In this document: piece after piece, positions 10,665-19,905 of the stretch
How positions within the stretch are numbered: position 1 is the stretch's first letter
Layout: every line of letters starts with the position of its first letter
Source: Alphaproteobacteria bacterium
GTDB lineage: Bacteria; Pseudomonadota; Alphaproteobacteria; UBA828
DNA length: 64,000 nucleotides
NCBI GenBank assembly: GCA_965237415.1
Contig: CBDEFM010000002.1
Span: forward strand, 1,344,001 to 1,408,000
Direction: 5' to 3'
Made by a program: the position numbers and the translations under genes
The notes under the pieces: model-generated
Told to the model about the DNA's origin: nothing
What the model saw: only the letters and a program-made list of their open reading frames with translations
The model's database searches: none

Positions 10665-11939
10665 ATGGTAGCCAATCCACCCAGCTATCTTACCGCCCGG
10701 CTGGCGGTGGAAGCTCTGCGAAACGGTGTCCCGAACAAGGAGGCCGTGCGTGAACTCGGCTGCAATCAGCCGCGTGTCGAACAGCGTTTCGTCCTAATGC
10801 TGGAGGGAACGGAGAACGTCCAGGACCGGCCAGGCTCGGCGCCGGGGATGCTTGTGTCGGGTGACTTCGGTGCGGGCAAGTCTCATCTCCTGGAACACCT
10901 GGAACACCTTGCTCTCTCCCGGAACTTTGTTTGCAGCAGAGTCGCAATCAGCAAGGAAACGCCTCTGTACGACTTGGCAAAGGTGTTCTCTTCGGCGATG
11001 GAAAACGGGCGGATACCGGACCGGGGAGGCCGGTTCATCGAAGAGCTTTCGCTCGCCATCGACCAGAAGTCTGCAAGACACGAGGCCTTCTCACGGTGGG
11101 CCGACGAGGCAGCGTCCAATGGCCTTCTGAGTCCGATTTTTCCTGCAAGCTTGCGTGTGTACGAACGCTCAGACGACTTCGAGCTGAATAGCGATATCGA
11201 ATCCTTTTGGGCGGGAGACAGGATTCAGATTGCCAAGTTAAGGGCCGGGCTCAGGCAGATCGGTGAGGCAGGCACCTACCGCTTCCGTGCGCCAAGGGCT
11301 GCGGACCTGCCACCGCAGCGCTTGCGTTTTGCGGTCGAACTCATCAAGGGCGTCGGTTATCGCGGGTGGGTCGTCCTGTTGGACGAGATCGAATTGATGG
11401 GGTCTTACTCGATATTGCAGCGCGGACGCTCTTATGCCGAGGTCGCGCGCTGGATGGGGCTCGCCCAGGGAGAGAGCTATCCTGGACTGATCGTGATCGG
11501 CGCGGTCACGGAAGACTTCGCCGCCGCCATCATCAGCCCGGACGGACAAAAGAAGGATCGAGACTACGTTCGACCAAGGCTGGAGCAAAACGCGAGATAT
11601 GCCGCTCTCGGTGCCCGCGCCGAGAGCGGCATGCGGCTGCTGGAGCAGGGCTGCGTAGCGCTAGACCCTCCCAGCGACGACGACGTGAGGGTGACCATGG
11701 AGACGTTGCGCCGCCTGTACCGAAGGGCCTACAGCTGGGAACCGCCGGTTCACGAGGCAACCGCAGGGGGCGCGGGTTTCCAGGGGCGGATGCGCTACAA
11801 GGTCCGCACTGCAATCAACGAGTGGGATCTGCGCCGGCTGCACGCCACCTACCAGCCGGACACGGAAATCGAACGGTTTGCCACTCCATACGCAGAGAAC
11901 GCCGATCTGGAGCACGAGGCCAGGGACGATTCGGCGTAA
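10665..11939 (+). CDS. DUF2791/BrxD-like P-loop ATPase
   Basis: ARLAVEALRNGVP N-terminus, Walker A GDFGAGKSH, SKETPL, Walker B GWVVLLDEIE. Confidence 0.8.
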   Translation: MVANPPSYLTARLAVEALRNGVPNKEAVRELGCNQPRVEQRFVLMLEGTENVQDRPGSAPGMLVSGDFGAGKSHLLEHLEHLALSRNFVCSRVAISKETPLYDLAKVFSSAMENGRIPDRGGRFIEELSLAIDQKSARHEAFSRWADEAASNGLLSPIFPASLRVYERSDDFELNSDIESFWAGDRIQIAKLRAGLRQIGEAGTYRFRAPRAADLPPQRLRFAVELIKGVGYRGWVVLLDEIELMGSYSILQRGRSYAEVARWMGLAQGESYPGLIVIGAVTEDFAAAIISPDGQKKDRDYVRPRLEQNARYAALGARAESGMRLLEQGCVALDPPSDDDVRVTMETLRRLYRRAYSWEPPVHEATAGGAGFQGRMRYKVRTAINEWDLRRLHATYQPDTEIERFATPYAENADLEHEARDDSA

Positions 11940-11974
11940 GTACCGCTCCGTGCGAGCCTGGGCGAGGTGTTGAC

Positions 11975-14059
11975 GTGCCCATCCCGTTCCAAGACACGAA
12001 CACTGTCGGACATCCCGATGCGGTGGCCTGGCTGCGTATCGTCGAAGACCACGCGGGCCAGAATATTCGCGCGGCTCTGTTCGAAACCACGGTTCGGGGT
12101 GGGCCGCTGGGCTTCAGCTTCGCCCGAACGGCGCGTCACGATGGGGCGGGCAGGTGCGCGGTGTCGTCCCTGGCTCGCTCCCTGTTCGGCGCATCCACAG
12201 CGACCCCGGCGCTGCTGTTCGCCGCAGCGGAAGAAGTGCCGCCGCAGGTCTTCGATTGCGTCAAGGCCGGCCCACCCTGTTGTCGCGTTCGTGCACCAGC
12301 GCTGCCCGGCGCGAGCACCGTGTCGAACGGGCGGCCCGACGACACTCACAGACGGATGCTCTGGGCGACTGGTCCGCCGGCACCGGCATCCGCTGCCGCT
12401 GCGGTCCTCGGCGAGGTCATGGAGCGGGACGATCCGTTCGAACCGCTGGAGCGAGCGGCCAGGGGCTTGATGGAGGCGTTCGCCGACCCGCAGGTCCGGG
12501 CGTTGACCGAAGTCCCCGGTTTGAGAATGGTAATGACGCTGCCGCCGCGCTCCGATCGCACCGGGAAGCAGGCAGCGCGCGGCACCGCAACGTCCACAGC
12601 CCCGCCTGCGCCTTGGCCGGGAGAGGGCGCGGAACGCGGCCTTGCCGAACGGTTGTGGGCGGTTCTGGCCGTGCCTCGCTCCCGCAGGCCCACCCCAACG
12701 CCAGCCCGGCGGCTGGAGTGGCCCGGCGAACTCATGCCGTTCCAGCGAGACGGTGTCGGAGCCTTGATCGGGATGGAACGATTGTTGCTGTCAGATGATA
12801 TGGGCCTAGGAAAAACGGTACAGGCTGTTGCGGCACTGCGAATTCTCAGGGCGCGGGGAGAGATCGGGTCGTGCCTCGTGGTGGCTCCCGCCAGCGTGCT
12901 CGACCAGTGGCGGCGGGAGATCGCGCGCTGGGCGCCGGACATGAGCGCGATCATCATCCGCGGCTCGGCGAACGATCGGGCGTGGCAGTGGAGGGCCAAT
13001 ACGGATGTCACGCTGGTCAGCTACGACGTCCTGCGCTGGGACGCGGCAATCCTCACGACGCTCCGGGCTTCCAGGGGTGCGTGGGACGTGGTCGTTCTCG
13101 ATGAAGCGCAGAGAATCAAGAACCGCAACGACACCAGTGAGGCTGCGAAGAGCATTTCGAGGGTGCGGTCCTGGGCGTTGACCGGCACGCCCATAGAGAA
13201 CCACGAGGAAGAATTGGCGTCCATCATGGAGTTCGTCGATCACGATGAGGGGACGCCACGCAAACGCTACCGGCCCGGCACTACGTTACTTTTGCGCCAT
13301 AGCGAATTGCAGCTTCGGCGCAAGAAGGCCGACGTGCTGGATGATCTGCCGCCCAAGCTGGAGACCAAGTTGACGATCCCGTTGCACCGGGATCAGCGTG
13401 AGAGCTACGACCGGGCCGAGCGCGAGGGTATCGTCTATCTCAAGTCTCTTGGCGCGGAAGTCGGTGTCGGACACGTGCTGGAGCTGATCACTCGCCTCAA
13501 GCAAATCTGTAACGTCGATCCCAGAACGGGAGAGTCTAGCAAGCTGGACGACATTGGCGACAGACTGCAGACCTTGACGGCTCAGGGTTACAAGGCCCTG
13601 GTCTTCTCCCAGTACACCAGCGACACGTCGGGTGTGGCAGCAGCGGCAAGGCATCTGCGGGCGTTCAATCCGTTGAGCCTGACCGGCAGCGTACCGCCGG
13701 AGGAGCGCGCCGCTCTGATCGATCGGTTCAAGACAGGCGAGACTCACATGGCGCTGATCATATCGTTGCGGGCGGGCGGCCTAGGCCTCAATTTGCAGGA
13801 GGCATCCTACGTATTCCACCTGGACCGCTGGTGGAACCCGGCCGTGGAGCGGCAGGCGGAGGACCGGACCCACCGCCTGGGCCAGACAGTCAAGGTGAAT
13901 GTGATCAAGTATACCTGCGAGGATACCATCGAAGAGCGTATCGAACGCATCCTGGAACGGAAGCAGGCGTTGTTCGACAAGCTGGTCGACGACGTGTCGC
14001 TGGACCTTTCGACGCGAATGAGCCGCGAGGAGTTGTTGGGGCTTTTCGGTCTGGATTAG
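11975..14059 (+). CDS. SNF2-family helicase/translocase with uncharacterised N-terminal domain
   Basis: Likely GTG start at 11975 after GAGG; motifs DDMGLGKT, VAPASV, LDEAQRIKN, LTGTPIEN, LVFSQY, AGGLGLNL, DRWWNPAVERQAEDRTHRLGQ. Confidence 0.9.
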   Translation: MPIPFQDTNTVGHPDAVAWLRIVEDHAGQNIRAALFETTVRGGPLGFSFARTARHDGAGRCAVSSLARSLFGASTATPALLFAAAEEVPPQVFDCVKAGPPCCRVRAPALPGASTVSNGRPDDTHRRMLWATGPPAPASAAAAVLGEVMERDDPFEPLERAARGLMEAFADPQVRALTEVPGLRMVMTLPPRSDRTGKQAARGTATSTAPPAPWPGEGAERGLAERLWAVLAVPRSRRPTPTPARRLEWPGELMPFQRDGVGALIGMERLLLSDDMGLGKTVQAVAALRILRARGEIGSCLVVAPASVLDQWRREIARWAPDMSAIIIRGSANDRAWQWRANTDVTLVSYDVLRWDAAILTTLRASRGAWDVVVLDEAQRIKNRNDTSEAAKSISRVRSWALTGTPIENHEEELASIMEFVDHDEGTPRKRYRPGTTLLLRHSELQLRRKKADVLDDLPPKLETKLTIPLHRDQRESYDRAEREGIVYLKSLGAEVGVGHVLELITRLKQICNVDPRTGESSKLDDIGDRLQTLTAQGYKALVFSQYTSDTSGVAAAARHLRAFNPLSLTGSVPPEERAALIDRFKTGETHMALIISLRAGGLGLNLQEASYVFHLDRWWNPAVERQAEDRTHRLGQTVKVNVIKYTCEDTIEERIERILERKQALFDKLVDDVSLDLSTRMSREELLGLFGLD

Positions 14060-14084
14060 CCGATAACGCTTCGACTGCAGAGGC

Positions 14085-14393
14085 ATGAGCATCGACGCGC
14101 AACTCCTGGGAAGGCTCTTCGCCAGCGATTTCCAGAGCGAGTCTGTTGCCTAGCCCCCGATTGGCAGGCCATTGGCGACGCTGCTCCCGAAGGCCTTGAA
14201 GCCGCGCTCGGGGCAATACTCGAGTGATTCACAGTTGCCGGATCGCCCAACGAGACTCAGACCGAGGACGACCTGATCTAGCCCGTGCTCGAGCGGCTCG
14301 GCTGGCCGGCAACGTTGCGACAGTAGAACCTGATCGCAACTGGCCGAGAGAACGTGCCGGACGGTCGGCTGTTCGCGGACGATGCTGCAATGC
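14085..14393 (+). pseudogene. Decayed N-terminus of a Type IIG restriction-modification enzyme
   Basis: MSIDAQLLGRLFASDFQSES / frameshift / DWQAIGD...PNETQTEDDLI*PVLERLGW...LRQ*NL...RENVPDGRLFADD; internal stops; cut off by IS end at 14394. Confidence 0.65.
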
Positions 14394-15154
14394 TGTTAAC
14401 GGCGGAGGAATAATGCTCCACGCGGAGCGATCGGACGGTCCGGTCGCGGCGGCGCAAAAATGCGCCAACCATGGTCCTTTGTCGGTTGCGACGAGGGGCG
14501 GGGGATGTACGGCGTGGAGCTCTATGCGGCGGTTCGACTGGCGGTTGTCGACGAGGGTTTGAGCCATCACGAGGCGGGCCGTCGGTTCGGCATCGACCGT
14601 CGCACGGTGAAGAAGATGCTGAGCTACTCGGCGCCGCCGGGCTACCGCCGGACGAAGCCGGTCAGGCGGCCCAAGCTGGACGGGTTCACCGGCATCGTCG
14701 ACGCGATCCTGGAGGCGGACACGGATCCGGATGTGCCGCGCAAGCAGCGCCACACGGCGCATCGGATCTTCGAGCGGCTGCGGGACGAGCACGGGTTCAC
14801 CGGCGGCTATACCATCCAGACCGTGTGAAAACGTCATTGAATTCAGATTTTCGAGTAAGTCTGCTTGATTTCTGAAAAGTGCAGCCTGCTAAGTCATTGA
14901 TTTCATTAACACTGAAAATTCAACCAATGGGCTGAAATCACATTTCGAGCGATTCTCCGACGTTTTGACACAGTCTGCATCGTGAAGGACTATGTGCGTT
15001 CCCGGCGGCAATCGACGCGCGAGGCCTTCGTTCCACTGCATCACCCGCCGGGCCATGCCCAGGTCGACTTCGGCGAGGCGGTGGTGGAGCTGCGGGGGCA
15101 GCGGGAGAAGGTCGCCTTCTTCTGCCTGATCCTGCCCCATTCCAATGTCTGGTT
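14394..15154 (+). mobile_element. istA: Truncated IS21-family element (left end plus 5' part of istA)
   Basis: End TGTTAACGGCGGAGGAATAATGCTCCA with internal repeat GGCGGCGCAAAAATGCGCCA; MYGVELYAAVR...HTAHRIFERLRDEHGFTGGYTI|VKDYVR...PGHAQVDFGEA. Confidence 0.88.
14817..14977. mobile_element. 161-bp MITE inserted in istA, 4-bp target duplication CATC
   Basis: TIRs CAGACCGTGTGAAAACGTC / GACGTTTTGACACAGTCTG (17/19); CATC at 14813-14816 and 14978-14981; removal restores YTIVKDY. Confidence 0.92.
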
Positions 15155-15356
15155 TGTCAAACGGCTTTCAATATTGACCCCCAATCGGCGTGCAAAATTG
15201 ACCCCCCTGAGTGGCACGGCGGAGGTTGTCCCGGTAGTCAATAGGGGGGACCCGCGCGGCTTCGTGTAGCGCCTTGCGCTGCGCGGAGCGAAGCCGTGTG
15301 GGGGGTACCTGTTGGCCCACCGGGGCAACCGGGCCGCAGGCACGGCCGGCGCCCGG

Positions 15357-16098
15357 TCAGGAGCGGTTCTTGAAGCGCCAGCTCTCGTTGCCGGTCTCGA
15401 TGATCTCGCAATGGTGGGTGAGACGATCGAGCAGGGCTGTGGTCATCTTGGGGTCGCCGAAGACCGAGGGCCACTCACCGAAGGCGAGGTTGGTGGTGAT
15501 GACGATCGAGGTTCGCTCGTAGAGCCGGCTCATGAGGTGGAAGAGCAGCTGCCCGCCGGCCTGAGCGAAGGGCAGGTAGCCGAGCTCGTCGAGGATGACG
15601 AGGTCGCGGCGGACGAGCTGGTCTGCGGTGCGGCCCTGGCGTCCGGCGCGGAGCTCGGCCTCGAGGTGGTTGACCAGGTCGACGACGTTGTAGCAGCGGC
15701 CGCGGGCACCCTTGCGGATGCAGGAGCGCGCGATGGCGACGGCGAGATGGGTCTTTCCGGTACCGGTGCCGCCGACCAGGACGATGTTGCGCTTGCCCTC
15801 GAGGAAGCCGCCGCCGGCGAGCTCCTGGATCAGGGGCTCGTTGACCTGCGAGGCGGCGAAGTCGAAGTCGGCCAGTTCCTTCGCCGTCGGCAGCTTGGCG
15901 GAGGCCATCTGGTATTTGATGGAGCGCGCCGTCTTGTCGGCGATCTCGACCTGCAGCAGCGTACCGATGATCTGCTGCACCGGATGGCGGCGCTTGAGCC
16001 CCCCTCGGCGTACATGTGGCGAGGATGTCGTCATAGGCGGCGCGCATGCCCGCGAGCTTCAGCGCCGCCATCATCGCCAGCACATCATGACGCTCCAT
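15357..16098 (-). pseudogene. istB: IS21 helper ATPase IstB, frameshifted
   Basis: [27 protein letters not shown] continues in another frame as [10 protein letters not shown]...GGTGTGKTH...LVILDELGY; about 13 extra nt near 16000-16017. Confidence 0.85.
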
Positions 16099-17599
16099 GA
16101 CCGGCCTCCCTCAGGCTGTCATAGCGCTGGCAATCGGCAACCGGCTTGTGGCGAAGCTGCAGGCCCTCGGGCGTCGGGATCGCCGCCGGCGGTGCCGGCT
16201 GGCGCTGCCGGGCGAGGATGTTGAACACCACGTCGGCGCTGCAGGCGCCGCAGTCGAGCGTCTCGGCACAGGCCGCCTCAACCGCCTCCAGTCCGTCCTC
16301 CAGCACCGCCGCGAGCACCTTGACGAACTGCCGGTCGCCGTCGTTGTGGCCCGCGAGCCGGGTCCGCAGACGGCCGAGCGCGTTGGGCAGCTTCCAGTCC
16401 TTGAAGGGCGCGCCGTTCCTCAGCGCCCCGGGCTTCCTCGTCAGGATCGGCACGTAATGCCACGGATCGTAGGCGATCTGGCCGCGTCCGAAGCTGCGGG
16501 GATGCTCGGCGACGATCTCGCCGTCCTGGCGGATGACGATCCGATCGGCATAGGCCCGCACGTCCACCGGCCGGCCGACGGCGCGGGCCGCGACGCTGTA
16601 CTGGTTGTTGTCGAAGCGCACCAGACAGGTCTTGGAAACCGCTACCTCAGTGGCATGGAAGCCGTCGAAGGGGCCGCGGTACGCCATCAGGAAGGGCCGC
16701 TCCTCCTCGAACACCTGCGACACCGTCTTGCCCTCGATCGTCGGATGCGGATGCTTCTTGGCGTCCTCGATGCACCGATCCATCAGCCACTCGTTGATCT
16801 CGGCGTAGGAGCGGCCCCGCGGGCTGGGCACGAACAGGCGGCCGCGAACGTCACCCACCTGCTTCTCCACCTGCCCCTTCTCCCAGCCAGCTCCTGGCGT
16901 GCACGCCACAGGCTCCACCAGATGGTGCGAACACATCTCCTGGAAGCGGCGGTTGTAGTCCCGCTTCTTGCCCACGAACACCGTGCTCACCGCCGTCTTC
17001 ATGTTGTCGTAGATGCCCCGCCGGCAGACCCCGCCGAAGAGGCGGAAGGCACGTTCATGTGCCTCGAACACCATCTCCTGGCTCTCGCGGGGAAAGATCT
17101 GGACCAGATACATTCGGCTGTGGCACAGCCGCATGTGCGCCGCCTTCACCCTGGTCGTCGCACCCGCCAGACGCGCGTACTCATGGCTCCAGTCGAACTG
17201 GTAGGCCTCGCCCGGATCGAAGATCAGCGGCACAAAGGCCTGCGACTGCGACAACAGCCGCCACCGGCGCCGCCAGGTCCTGGCATAGCGGCGCACCGCG
17301 TCATAGCCGCCGCCATAGCCCAGAGCCCCAAGGTCTTCATGAATCCGCAGAAGAGACAGCCGATCCTTGCGTGCCTTCTTCTCGTTGGCCTTCAGCTGGC
17401 GCTCGAGTTCCTCCACCCACGGCCCCAGCTTCGGCATCGGCTGGATCTTGCGCTCGTAGCTGAACGAGGTCTCATCGCCCCGCACCACCTTGCGCACCGT
17501 GTTCTTCGAAACCCTCAAATCCCGGGCGATCTTCTTGATCGGAACGCCCCTCACCAGATGATCCAGACGGATCTTCGCGATCGTTTCCACAACCAGCAT
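16085..17599 (-). CDS. istA: IS21 family transposase IstA
   Basis: MLVVETIAKIR, PGEAYQFDW, YDNMKTAV and GWEKGQVE DDE motifs. Confidence 0.96.
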   Translation of the reverse strand: MLVVETIAKIRLDHLVRGVPIKKIARDLRVSKNTVRKVVRGDETSFSYERKIQPMPKLGPWVEELERQLKANEKKARKDRLSLLRIHEDLGALGYGGGYDAVRRYARTWRRRWRLLSQSQAFVPLIFDPGEAYQFDWSHEYARLAGATTRVKAAHMRLCHSRMYLVQIFPRESQEMVFEAHERAFRLFGGVCRRGIYDNMKTAVSTVFVGKKRDYNRRFQEMCSHHLVEPVACTPGAGWEKGQVEKQVGDVRGRLFVPSPRGRSYAEINEWLMDRCIEDAKKHPHPTIEGKTVSQVFEEERPFLMAYRGPFDGFHATEVAVSKTCLVRFDNNQYSVAARAVGRPVDVRAYADRIVIRQDGEIVAEHPRSFGRGQIAYDPWHYVPILTRKPGALRNGAPFKDWKLPNALGRLRTRLAGHNDGDRQFVKVLAAVLEDGLEAVEAACAETLDCGACSADVVFNILARQRQPAPPAAIPTPEGLQLRHKPVADCQRYDSLREAGHGAS

Positions 17600-17749
17600 C
17601 TCCCCCCCACCCCGTCCGTCCAAACGACGAGGTGTGTTCATGGACACAAACCATGGGGGGTCAAATTTGGACGCCGATCACCCCCAACAGGGGGTCAATT
17701 TTCCACGCTTAACAACATCTGATCCGCCCAGCGCCGGGGGGGGCGACGG

Positions 17750-18094
17750 ATGAGCCGCGCCACGGTCAACGCGATCTGCCAGACGTTCCCCGGCGCGGAG
17801 GTGTCCGACCCCTGGGGCGGCGGTCACGACGCCTGGAAGGTGGGCGGCAAGATGTTCGCCTGCATCGGTTCCAAAATTCCGGGTGTCGCGATCAAGACCG
17901 ACAGCATCGAGACCGCCGAGATGCTGATCGAGATGGGCGTCGGCCGTAAGGCGCCTTATTTCCACCGGTCCTGGATCAACGTCTCCTGGGACCTGCCGGA
18001 AGACGAGCTTCGTCAGCGGCTCGCGGACTCCTACCGCATCGTGCGCGCGGGCCTCATGCGCAAGGCACAGGCAAGCCTCGCACCCTTCGACTGA
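17750..18094 (+). CDS. MmcQ/YjbR family DNA-binding protein
   Basis: PGAEVSDPWGGGHDAWKVGGKMFA...APYFHRSW...SYRIV pattern. Confidence 0.88.
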   Translation: MSRATVNAICQTFPGAEVSDPWGGGHDAWKVGGKMFACIGSKIPGVAIKTDSIETAEMLIEMGVGRKAPYFHRSWINVSWDLPEDELRQRLADSYRIVRAGLMRKAQASLAPFD

Positions 18095-18202
18095 CGGCCT
18101 GAACGGCCAAATCGCCCCGCCCGCCTGCTTGCGGCCCGCCGGGGGCTGGGCCACTGTGGCCGCCGCCGGCCTATGGCCGAGTCTGGAGAGGAGGTCCCGG
18201 CC

Positions 18203-19891
18203 ATGGACATGGTCACCATGAACATCATCGATTCGACGATGGTGTCCATCTGCCGCGAGATGGGCATCACGATGATGAAGACCTCCTATTCGACCATCTT
18301 CAACGAAGGCATGGACTTCACCTGCGGCCTCGGCAACACGCGGGGCGACATGATCGCGGTCGCCGAGTTCAACCCCTCGCAGATCGGCGGCATGCCGCTC
18401 GTCCTCCAGACCTCGGCCCAGGAAATCCCCCACGATCAGGTCGAGGAAGGCGATGTGATCGTCCACAACGACCCCTACCGGGGCGGCATGCACACGCCCG
18501 AGCACACCTTCATGAAGCCGGTCTTCTACGAGGGCGAGCTCGTGGGCTACGCCATCGCCATCGGCCATGTCGCGGAGGTGGGCGGCATGGTGCCGGGCGG
18601 CTTCGCCGGCGAGGCCACGGAGATCTTCCACGAGGGCATGCGCGTCCCCCCGGTCAAGATCAAGGAGCGGGGAGAGGACGTGGTCGAGGTGTGGAAGCTC
18701 ATGCTCGCGAACTACCGCACCCCGCGCGCCAACTACGGCGATTTTCGGGCGCTCATCAGCGCCGTCGACGTGGGTGCGGCCAGGCTCGAGGCGCTGATCG
18801 AGAAGTACGGCCCGGAAACCTTCCACACGACCGTCGACGATCTGATGGACTACGCGGAAGCCCGCATGCGGGCGGAGCTCTCGGCCTTTCGCGACGGGGT
18901 CTACAGCTTCGAGGACTACATGGAGGACGACGGCATCGAGGACCGGCCGTACAAGATCCACGTCGATGTCCACGTGCAGGGCGACGAGGTGGTGGTCGAT
19001 TACGGCGGCACGGACAGCCAGGCGCGGGGCCCGATCAATGCCGTGCTCTCGGTCGCCTGGTCATCGGCCTACAACGCGATCCTGCACCTCACCGACCCCT
19101 CGATCCCCAAGAACTCCGGCTGCTTCCGCCCGATCAAGATCGTGGCGCCGGGCGGCTCCCTGGTGAACGCGGACTATCCGGCGACCTGCGTCGGCGGCAA
19201 CACCGAGACCCACATCCGCATCGCCTACACGATCATCGCGGCGCTCTCGCAATGTGTGCCGGATCGCGCCTTCGCCACCGACGCCGGCACCCACAGCAAC
19301 TTCCTCTTCGGCGCAACCGATCCGCGCTCGGGCGACTACGTGGTCTGCTACGACTTCACTTGCGCCGCCTGGGGCGGGCGGTCCTTCGCCGACGGCAACG
19401 AGGTCATCAACTGCATCAACGGCAACTCGCGGATGGTGCCAATCGAGGTCTTCGAGGTGCGCTATCCGTGGATGATCGAGGAATACGCGCTGCAGCCGGA
19501 CACCGCCGGCCCCGGCCGTTTCCGGGGGGCGCATGCGCTCGCCAAGGTGCTGCGGTGCATGGACACGGAAATCACGGTGAGCTCGGTCTCCGACCGTCAC
19601 AAGATGCGCCCCTGGGGGCTGCTCGGCGGTGGGCCCGGGGCGACGGGCGGCCTCTTCTACCGGGCTGCGGGGAGCGACGACTGGCAACCCTTCACCGAGG
19701 CCTTCGGCAAGACCTCGCCCAGCAAGTTCGCCAATACGACGATCTGCCCCGGCGATCGCGTCCGCCTGATCGCGCCGGGCGCGGGCGGCTACGGCAATGT
19801 CGCCGAGCGCGACCCCGCCATGATCGCGGAAGACCTGAGCGAAGGCTGGATCACGCCGGAAGGCGCGCGGCGCGACTACGGCTACGGCTAG
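18203..19891 (+). CDS. Hydantoinase B/oxoprolinase family protein (no adjacent A subunit)
   Basis: DMVTMNII, SYSTIFNEGMDF, NDPYRGGMH, HVAEVGG, GPGRFRG and GAGGYG motifs; RBS GAGGAGG. Confidence 0.92.
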   Translation: MDMVTMNIIDSTMVSICREMGITMMKTSYSTIFNEGMDFTCGLGNTRGDMIAVAEFNPSQIGGMPLVLQTSAQEIPHDQVEEGDVIVHNDPYRGGMHTPEHTFMKPVFYEGELVGYAIAIGHVAEVGGMVPGGFAGEATEIFHEGMRVPPVKIKERGEDVVEVWKLMLANYRTPRANYGDFRALISAVDVGAARLEALIEKYGPETFHTTVDDLMDYAEARMRAELSAFRDGVYSFEDYMEDDGIEDRPYKIHVDVHVQGDEVVVDYGGTDSQARGPINAVLSVAWSSAYNAILHLTDPSIPKNSGCFRPIKIVAPGGSLVNADYPATCVGGNTETHIRIAYTIIAALSQCVPDRAFATDAGTHSNFLFGATDPRSGDYVVCYDFTCAAWGGRSFADGNEVINCINGNSRMVPIEVFEVRYPWMIEEYALQPDTAGPGRFRGAHALAKVLRCMDTEITVSSVSDRHKMRPWGLLGGGPGATGGLFYRAAGSDDWQPFTEAFGKTSPSKFANTTICPGDRVRLIAPGAGGYGNVAERDPAMIAEDLSEGWITPEGARRDYGYG

Positions 19892-19905
19892 CATCAACCC
19901 GCCGC

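Larger units (their letters stand above)
15155..17717 (-). mobile_element. IS21-family insertion sequence (istA-istB)
   Basis: Ends TGTCAAACGGCTTTCAATATTGACCCC and (reverse complement) TGTTGTTAAGCGTGGAAAATTGACCCC, each with a second internal ATTGACCCC-like repeat. Confidence 0.93.

Noticed and set aside
11366-11974. N-terminal 203 aa of the 897-aa SNF2 ORF
   Set aside because: Overlaps the ATPase gene in another frame and has Arg/Gly-rich junk composition; the GTG at 11975 has an RBS
8893-14393. Calling the operon BREX, DISARM or Shango
   Set aside because: Hallmark genes (pglZ, brxC, drmA/drmB, TerB-domain protein) are not visible; only individual domain families are shared
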